DNA of 32,000 nt from Bdellovibrionales bacterium (GTDB lineage Bacteria; Bdellovibrionota; Bdellovibrionia; Bdellovibrionales; UBA1609), in NCBI GenBank assembly GCA_965247685.1, contig OZ252021.1:840001-872000 (forward strand), read 5' to 3'. Below, piece by piece: positions 25,302 through 32,000 of this stretch; positions within the stretch are counted from its first letter, which is position 1; every line of letters begins with the position of its first letter. A model generated the notes under the pieces. The model was given only the letters and a program-made list of their open reading frames with translations. It made no database searches and had not been told where the DNA came from. Position numbers and translations under genes: made by a program.

Positions 25302-26045
25302 TTATTCAGGAAAGTGAAATCCTACTCCCTGTTTGAGTACCGAATTGAGTTCCGGAAGAGGTTCTGGGAGAGGAGAAGCTGTTCGAATAGTATCAATAAC
25401 TACTTGATCGAAAGTTTCATTGCCTGAAGTTCTTTCCAGTTCGATACGAGTGATATCTCCATAAGAGTTGACTTGAATAATCACCGTCGCCCGCAGATCT
25501 TTATCCGCAAGCCACTGCGGAAGATTCCAGTATCGAATCACATGCATTTTGACTCGATCAAAATAGGCATTCAACAATACTGTGCTAATCTCTCCATCTT
25601 GAGACTGTCCTTTAGAAATTTTTTCTCCCTTATATGTTGGAGGTTCTAGGCTTTGATCTTGTTTTAATTTTTCAATAGCATCTGCTTGTGCTGCTCTCGT
25701 ATCTACTGGTTTCTTCGGAGTGGATTTTTTCTTTTGAGATTTCTTTGGAGTTGCTTTCTTTTTAGGTCGAGAGGCTTTCTTTTTAGGTCGAGAGGCTTTC
25801 TTTTTAGGTCGAGAGGCTTTTTTCTTTTTTTGGACTTTCTTCTTTTTAGGAGTTGAAGTTCTTTTGATGTCTGGTAGACCGACCATATCTACTCGCACAG
25901 TTTGTTTGATCTGTGTAGATCTGGACCTACTAAAAATATTAGGAGATGCAAAAATCATTAGAAGAAATAAAACAAAGTGACCTGTAATGGAATATAGGAT
26001 CCACCGGCGAAAGGTTTTTTTGAATAATAACTGAGAAGTAATCAT
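25302..26045 (-). CDS. tolA: TolA-like (TonB-family C-terminal domain) envelope protein with Lys/Pro-rich linker
   Basis: N-terminal TM anchor, K/P-rich linker with 3 exact KKKASRP repeats, and C-terminal domain RYWNLPQW...TSGNETFDQVVIDTIRTASPLPEPLPE. Third gene after the tolQ- and tolR-like genes. Confidence 0.6.
   Translation of the reverse strand: MITSQLLFKKTFRRWILYSITGHFVLFLLMIFASPNIFSRSRSTQIKQTVRVDMVGLPDIKRTSTPKKKKVQKKKKASRPKKKASRPKKKASRPKKKATPKKSQKKKSTPKKPVDTRAAQADAIEKLKQDQSLEPPTYKGEKISKGQSQDGEISTVLLNAYFDRVKMHVIRYWNLPQWLADKDLRATVIIQVNSYGDITRIELERTSGNETFDQVVIDTIRTASPLPEPLPELNSVLKQGVGFHFPE
25753..25815. repeat. 3 exact tandem copies of a 21-bp unit inside the tolA-like gene
   Basis: GCTTTCTTTTTAGGTCGAGAG x3 (25753, 25774, 25795) plus a partial fourth copy. 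In frame, encoding KKKASRP repeats. Confidence 0.9.
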
Positions 26046-26047
26046 TA

Positions 26048-26458
26048 CTATTTTAATTGAGTGACTAAGTTCACTTGCTTTAGCCCTGCAGACTGAACTT
26101 CACCTAAAGTTTCAGCTACGATACCATAGTCCACGTTTTTGTCTGCTTGAATATAGACAGCTTTAGATCTTCTATTTTTAAAAATAGCTTTCAGTTTAGT
26201 TTGAATCTTTGAAACGGGAACGACCTTAGTGCCGAGATAAATTTTACGATCTCTTTTAATGACGATGATAAAAGGATCTTCAGGAACTTGTAATCCTGTA
26301 TTTTTAGCATCTGGAAGTTCAATGCTGAGACCTTGCTGCATCATAGGAGCTGTCACCATAAAAATGACAAGCAAAACAAGCATGACATCCACAAAAGGAG
26401 TGACATTTATTTCTGACAATACACGTTGAGATTTTCGATCTGAAAGTTCAACACCCAT
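26048..26458 (-). CDS. tolR: ExbD/TolR-family protein
   Basis: 136 aa. INVTPFVDVMLVLLVIFMV is the hallmark TM motif. It has a 1-nt overlap with the upstream tolQ-like gene. Confidence 0.85.
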   Translation of the reverse strand: MGVELSDRKSQRVLSEINVTPFVDVMLVLLVIFMVTAPMMQQGLSIELPDAKNTGLQVPEDPFIIVIKRDRKIYLGTKVVPVSKIQTKLKAIFKNRRSKAVYIQADKNVDYGIVAETLGEVQSAGLKQVNLVTQLK

Positions 26459-27249
26459 TAGGAATCCTTAAAAAAGTTTCTTTTAGCAATATTTAAAAAA
26501 TCTGTTTTGAAGTTGTTAAACAAAAGTTCTGTTTTTCTTACTTTATTCAAATAATGATTATAGAAAACAGTAGCGGGAATGGCTGCAAATAAACCAATAC
26601 CTGTTGCAATCAAAGCTTCTGAAATACCAGGTGCAACAACAGCGAGGCTTGCTGAACCCATTTGTCCGATTTTTTGAAAGGCGTCCATAATACCAAATAC
26701 TGTACCAAAAAGACCAATAAAAGGGCTCACAGAACCTGTTGTTGCTAAAAATGTAAGTTTATCTTCCATGGCGGATATCTCATTGGCGATAGCTTTATTT
26801 AAAGTGCGATCTAAATTGTCAATGCCTGTAAATAAGTTGTCCGTGGAATTTTGAGCTTCAGATTCTGCTAACTTGGATGTGGATATGCGATGAATCTCTT
26901 TATAACCTGCTCGAAAAATAGTGGCTAAAGAGCTTTTGGTGTATTTGTTGCTTACTTCGTAAATGCTTTGTAAATTATTTGCTTTTTGAAAAATATCCTG
27001 AAAAGGAGCGTTGTAAATATCTATCATGCGAAAAGTTTTTCTCTTAGTCAGAATAATTCCCCAAGAAAGGACAGACATAAAAATAAGGATGATAAAAGTA
27101 GCTTGTACAAACAGATTAGCATGAAGAATAGAGTAGATGATGTTCACATTGGAGTGGGGAGTATCTGCTACAACGGCTATAGGCTCTGCAAATGCAAAAC
27201 TGGATAGTGAAGTGGTTAAAATAAAGGTGAGCATTAAAAAAATTTTCAT
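26458..27249 (-). CDS. tolQ: MotA/TolQ/ExbB proton-channel protein
   Basis: 263 aa. SPFIGLFGTVFGIMDAF...VAPGISEALIATGIGLFAAIPATVFYN is the conserved family core. Confidence 0.85.
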   Translation of the reverse strand: MKIFLMLTFILTTSLSSFAFAEPIAVVADTPHSNVNIIYSILHANLFVQATFIILIFMSVLSWGIILTKRKTFRMIDIYNAPFQDIFQKANNLQSIYEVSNKYTKSSLATIFRAGYKEIHRISTSKLAESEAQNSTDNLFTGIDNLDRTLNKAIANEISAMEDKLTFLATTGSVSPFIGLFGTVFGIMDAFQKIGQMGSASLAVVAPGISEALIATGIGLFAAIPATVFYNHYLNKVRKTELLFNNFKTDFLNIAKRNFFKDS

Positions 27250-27414
27250 GTTATAGGCTATATTCTCATAAGCTTAAAGAGAGTCAATGATATTTTAACT
27301 TATTATTTATTGATAATTGATTGGAAAATTTGAACTCTGTATGTTAGTTTAGACTTCCAGAGGCTTAAGATTGGCTGAAGTTTTGTCACTCATAAAACAT
27401 TAGAGGAAAAATTT

Positions 27415-28824
27415 GTGGAACAATATAAGTACGGTTTTGTTACAGATATAGAAGCAGAGACTTTATCTAAAGGGCTAAACGAATCAACTATTGAGCAGAT
27501 TTCTCAAAAAAAAGGAGAGCCTCAATGGATGTTGGATCTACGGCTCAAAGCTTACCATCATTGGCTGACCTTGAAAGAGCCCAATTGGGCGCACCTCAGG
27601 TATTCTGCTATCGATTATCAGAAAATTCATTATTATTCAGCGCCTGTGCAAAAGAAGAAACTGGCATCTTTAGAAGAGGTAGATCCGGAGTTATTAAAAA
27701 CTTTTGAAAAACTAGGAATCCCTTTGAATGAACAAAAAAGACTATCTGGAGTGGCAGTGGATGCGGTGTTTGACAGTGTTTCCGTAGTCACTACTCAACA
27801 AAAAACTTTAGAAAAACATGGTGTTATTTTTTGTTCTATGTCGGAAGCAATTCAAAATCATGGTGATTTAGTCCGAAAATATATGGGAACTGTTGTTCCT
27901 TATCGAGATAATTTTTTTGCGTGTTTGAATCAGGCTGTTTTTACAGATGGTTCTTTTTGTTATATTCCTAAAAATGTCAAATGTCCTTTGGACTTATCTA
28001 CTTATTTTCGTATCAATCAAGAAAATACAGGTCAGTTTGAACGTACATTAGTGATTGCTGAGGAAAAGTCTTATGTGAACTACTTGGAGGGTTGTACAGC
28101 TCCTATGCGAGATACTAATCAGCTTCATGCTGCTGTGGTGGAGCTTATTGCTTTAGATGATGCTGAAATTAAATACTCCACAGTGCAAAACTGGTATCCT
28201 GGAGATCAAAAAGGGATAGGTGGAATTTATAATTTTGTAACTAAAAGAGGAAAATGCCAAGGGAAAAGATCTAAAATTTCATGGACTCAAGTGGAGGCCG
28301 GTTCGGCAATCACATGGAAATATCCTAGTTGTATTTTAAAAGGGGATGACTCTGTGGGCGCTTTTTATTCTGTAGCTCTCACGCATGATCATATGCAGGC
28401 AGATACAGGGACTAAGATGATTCATATTGGAAAAAACACAAAGAGCACTATTATTTCTAAAGGAATTTCTTCAGACTATGCCGTCAATAGCTATCGAGGT
28501 TTGGTCGATATTTTACCCAAAGCAAAAGGAGCACGAAACTACACGCAATGTGACTCTATGTTGATTGGAAGCTCCAGTTATGCAAATACTTTTCCATCCA
28601 TTGATGTTAAAAATTCAGAAAGCATTGTGGAGCATGAAGCTTCAACTTGTCGAATGAGTGAAGAGCAATTGTTTTACTTGCATTCTAGAGGTTTAAGTAA
28701 GGAAGAATCTATATCCACTTTAGTCCATGGCTTTTGCAAGGAAGTGTTCAAGCAACTTCCTTTAGAATTTTCTGTGGAAGCCGTTAAACTCATTGAAATG
28801 AAATTAGAAAATAGTATAGGTTAA
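27415..28824 (+). CDS. sufB: Fe-S cluster assembly scaffold SufB
   Basis: 469 aa with a GTG start. Conserved blocks are [31 protein letters not shown] and [21 protein letters not shown]. Followed by sufC and sufD. Confidence 0.92.
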   Translation: MEQYKYGFVTDIEAETLSKGLNESTIEQISQKKGEPQWMLDLRLKAYHHWLTLKEPNWAHLRYSAIDYQKIHYYSAPVQKKKLASLEEVDPELLKTFEKLGIPLNEQKRLSGVAVDAVFDSVSVVTTQQKTLEKHGVIFCSMSEAIQNHGDLVRKYMGTVVPYRDNFFACLNQAVFTDGSFCYIPKNVKCPLDLSTYFRINQENTGQFERTLVIAEEKSYVNYLEGCTAPMRDTNQLHAAVVELIALDDAEIKYSTVQNWYPGDQKGIGGIYNFVTKRGKCQGKRSKISWTQVEAGSAITWKYPSCILKGDDSVGAFYSVALTHDHMQADTGTKMIHIGKNTKSTIISKGISSDYAVNSYRGLVDILPKAKGARNYTQCDSMLIGSSSYANTFPSIDVKNSESIVEHEASTCRMSEEQLFYLHSRGLSKEESISTLVHGFCKEVFKQLPLEFSVEAVKLIEMKLENSIG

Positions 28825-28828
28825 AACG

Positions 28829-29584
28829 ATGATTAAAATTTCAAACCTTTGTGTTGAAACGGGTGGCCTTGCTATTTTAAAAGGCCTCAGCCTTACTATT
28901 TTGCCTGGTGAAATGCACTCTATTATGGGTCCTAATGGGTCAGGTAAAAGTACTTTGTTTAAAGTGCTCACAGGTTATCCCGGCTATGAAATTACAAAAG
29001 GGAGTATTTTTTATCGAAGACAAGATGATCTAGAGTATGAAGATTTAATGAATAAAGCTCCAGAACTGAGGGCTCAAGAAGGAATTTTTATGGCTTTTCA
29101 ACACCCTGTGGAAGTTCCTGGTGTGACCAACTTAAATTTTTTAAGAGCATCATTTAATTCTATCTGTAAGCATTTAGGTGCTGAAGAAATGAATGAAGAA
29201 AATTTTTTGAAATTTATAGAGCCTAAGTTAAAAACTCTACAGTTGAAACAAGAGTTTTTATATCGTTCTTTGAATGCAGGGCTGTCAGGTGGAGAAAAAA
29301 AGAAGAACGAGATGCTTCAAATGCTCGTTTTATCTCCGACACTTTGTTTACTCGACGAGGTCGACTCAGGTTTAGACATCGACTCCATTAAAATGGTTGC
29401 TCAAACTTTGAAAAAGATGAAGAGTTCTCATGACTCTATTCTATTGATTACTCACTATCATCGAGTGTTGGAAGAATTGAAACCTGATTATGTACATATT
29501 CTGGTGGATGGGCGAATTAAAAAATCTGGAGATTACTCACTGGCTGTCGAAGCGGATCAAAAAGGCTATGATCAATGGATCTAA
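28829..29584 (+). CDS. sufC: Fe-S cluster assembly ATPase SufC
   Basis: Walker [13 protein letters not shown] signature [11 protein letters not shown], Walker [13 protein letters not shown], and H-loop THY. Confidence 0.92.
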   Translation: MIKISNLCVETGGLAILKGLSLTILPGEMHSIMGPNGSGKSTLFKVLTGYPGYEITKGSIFYRRQDDLEYEDLMNKAPELRAQEGIFMAFQHPVEVPGVTNLNFLRASFNSICKHLGAEEMNEENFLKFIEPKLKTLQLKQEFLYRSLNAGLSGGEKKKNEMLQMLVLSPTLCLLDEVDSGLDIDSIKMVAQTLKKMKSSHDSILLITHYHRVLEELKPDYVHILVDGRIKKSGDYSLAVEADQKGYDQWI

Positions 29585-30609
29585 ACTCTGATTTATCTTT
29601 CTCAAAAAATGTTATTGAAGTGTGTGACCATCAAATAAAACTTCTTAAAGATGAGCATATTTTTTTACTTCAAAACACTCCTTTAGACTCTCATTATGGG
29701 AAGTGGATTCAGAGTCAATGGTCAAAAAGCATGGAGGATGAAAATGCTTCTTTAGAAGAGATAAAAAAACAAATAGGTGTGGTGTGTGTTTTAAAAAAAG
29801 GGGAGAAAAAAAATATTCAGGTGAACTACTCTTCTTCTCACTTCAAATCAACTCTCATTAAAAATTTTATTTTTTTAGAAGAATTTTCTTCTCTTTCTTG
29901 GTTTGAAAATATTTGCTCATCTCAATTTCAGATAGAAACATATATTCATGTTGCGAATCAAGCGACACTTCAGAAGTTAGTTTTTAATCTTCAGGATTCA
30001 TCTTTGCGGACTTTATGTGATCTTCATCATAAATCCTGCTTGCTTTCTTTTGATTTTAATCTCAACTCATCCACTCAATACACTAAAGTAAGAGGTCAAG
30101 ATTCTGAACATTTAGCTATTCTTCAAGGTTTGAATGTGCTTCATGAAAAACAGCAAGTCCGCCAACGTATTGAGACTCAACATGAGGGTGAGAAAGGTTA
30201 TGGTAGGCAAAGATTTTATAGTGTTCTTGGTGGAAAATCTAGAAGTCATGTTCACTCTAAAGTGATCATCAATGCGCAAGGGACAGACTCTCACCAGCTT
30301 CTGAAAAATTTGATTTTAAATCCTTACGCTCAAGCGAAAAATCAACCTGAACTGGAAGTCTCAAAAGATCAAGTGAAGGCCTCTCATGGATCGACAACAG
30401 GACAACCGAATCCATTGGAGATTTTTTATATGAATACTCGAGGAGTATCTTCAAAAAAAGCTTTGGAATTTTTAGTGCATGGTTGGGTGGAATCAGTTTT
30501 TAATCTTGATGAAGATGAAGACATCATTTCAGATTCATTTGAAAACTTTGTTCAGCAAGTCCAACCTATTTATCCTTTTATTAAAAAGCATATTAATCGT
30601 ATGCTCTAG
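29575..30609 (+). CDS. sufD: Fe-S cluster assembly protein SufD (divergent)
   Basis: 344 aa with a 10-nt overlap with sufC. The C-terminal block [10 protein letters not shown]...[11 protein letters not shown]...A..FLVHGW is typical of SufD/SufB-fold proteins. Confidence 0.8.
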   Translation: MDLNSDLSFSKNVIEVCDHQIKLLKDEHIFLLQNTPLDSHYGKWIQSQWSKSMEDENASLEEIKKQIGVVCVLKKGEKKNIQVNYSSSHFKSTLIKNFIFLEEFSSLSWFENICSSQFQIETYIHVANQATLQKLVFNLQDSSLRTLCDLHHKSCLLSFDFNLNSSTQYTKVRGQDSEHLAILQGLNVLHEKQQVRQRIETQHEGEKGYGRQRFYSVLGGKSRSHVHSKVIINAQGTDSHQLLKNLILNPYAQAKNQPELEVSKDQVKASHGSTTGQPNPLEIFYMNTRGVSSKKALEFLVHGWVESVFNLDEDEDIISDSFENFVQQVQPIYPFIKKHINRML

Positions 30610-30613
30610 CACC

Positions 30614-30997
30614 TTAAAATTGGGTGGAAGTCAAAGAGAAGTCTTTCACGATGTCTTGAGCATCAAAAGTAATAACAGCATCAAAAGATGAAGTTGTCGT
30701 TTGATGAGAGGCTGAGCCTCTTCCAAAAATAATGATAGAGCCGGCAGAGGCTTCATTTTTAGAATCAAAAGATTGTTTAGAGTATGTCCATACTGCTTCA
30801 CCATTAGATTTTTGAGTGACAATATTAGGAGAACCCCAAGTTTTTAGAATTTGAGCTTGAGTAGTTTCCCCTTTTACCAGTAGTTTTTTTGCAATCCCAG
30901 GAGTGAAGTTGGATTTTTGCAAGTGCATGGTTTGGCAGCTTATAGCTAAAAAAGCTACTATTAAGTAAATAAAACGCATAATTTGAGTCCTCCTCAA
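30614..30997 (-). CDS. small lipoprotein (BamE/SmpA-OmlA-like, tentative)
   Basis: 127 aa with signal plus Cys (LIVAFLAIS-C-QT). KGETTQAQILKTWGSPN......WTY resembles the BamE fold motif. Convergent with sufD, with the stops 4 nt apart. Confidence 0.5.
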   Translation of the reverse strand: MRRTQIMRFIYLIVAFLAISCQTMHLQKSNFTPGIAKKLLVKGETTQAQILKTWGSPNIVTQKSNGEAVWTYSKQSFDSKNEASAGSIIIFGRGSASHQTTTSSFDAVITFDAQDIVKDFSLTSTQF

Positions 30998-31198
30998 GTG
31001 AAATAAGATTGCATTATTCTATATTTAAAGTCTTTTGAGGTCAAAGGGGAGGTGACGGAAAGCTAGAGTTTTCTAAGATTGTTTTTATTTGAAGCACGAT
31101 CTGAAAACACTGCTCATGACAGAAACACACGGTTCAAAAGCCCTTCAAAGCCCTTCGTAGTATGAAAATTTTATCTCTAAAATCTATTAAAAGTGAGG

Positions 31199-31226
31199 TT
31201 GACCAATAGGATATTAAGAGTATAAT
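31199..31226 (+). promoter_or_regulatory. near-consensus sigma70 promoter of the rrn operon
   Basis: TTGACC (31199-31204), 16-nt spacer, TATAAT (31221-31226). An AT-rich UP-like tract lies upstream (31165-31193). Confidence 0.55.
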
Positions 31227-31238
31227 AACGAGTCTTTT

Positions 31239-31253
31239 CGTTCTTTGAAAACT
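31239..31253 (+). promoter_or_regulatory. boxA-like antitermination element in the rrn leader
   Basis: CGTTCTTTGAAAACT resembles the rrn leader boxA consensus (TGCTCTTTAACAA, or the TGTTCTTTGAAAACT type). Confidence 0.45.
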
Positions 31254-31404
31254 GAATAGTCACTTAAAAATGGTTTCGGGAACCTGTCGAAGAGTTCTTT
31301 AGGGAGCTCCGAGATATTGGTTTTGATTTTTTTCACATATGTCTTTTTTTAAGACAATGTGATTGTTTTTTTATTATATTTAAGAGCTAGTTAAAGTTCT
31401 TCTT

Positions 31405-32000
<596 letters not shown>

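Overview
AT-rich window (about 30% GC by eye, not computed) from a diderm, probably host-associated bacterium whose 16S rRNA is divergent. All calls come from reading the sequence and the ORF track, with no searches run. Coordinates of non-ORF features were hand-counted (+/-2 nt).

Layout:
(1) 1-5.8 kb is an accessory region. It holds small secreted proteins and lipoproteins, an orphan copy of the CRISPR leader plus one repeat, an AbiEi/AbiEii-like toxin-antitoxin module with an inactivated toxin, and gene debris.
(2) 5.8-12.7 kb is a complete type II-C CRISPR-Cas locus. The array (25 repeats, 24 spacers) is on the + strand and cas2-cas1-cas9 are on the - strand. A predicted tracrRNA diverges from cas9, and a degenerate solitary repeat lies beyond it.
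(3) 12.8-19.7 kb holds secreted effector-like genes: a trypsin-like protease fused to Sel1 repeats, an ankyrin-repeat protein, a metzincin-like protease and a Cys-rich protein. It also carries another repeat relic and a truncated protease paralog.
(4) 19.8-32 kb is housekeeping: thermonuclease-like lipoprotein, purE, purK, glutaredoxin, APC permease, EVE-domain protein, tRNA-Arg(UCG), tolQ-tolR-tolA-like genes, sufBCD, a lipoprotein, and the rrn promoter with the 5' 600 nt of 16S rRNA.

The most interesting signal is that CRISPR-repeat-derived sequences occur outside the array at four places, each at the edge of a gene cassette or next to tracrRNA. This suggests repeat-mediated insertion of cargo and possibly a crRNA-like regulatory RNA. 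No integrase, transposase or prophage genes were seen.
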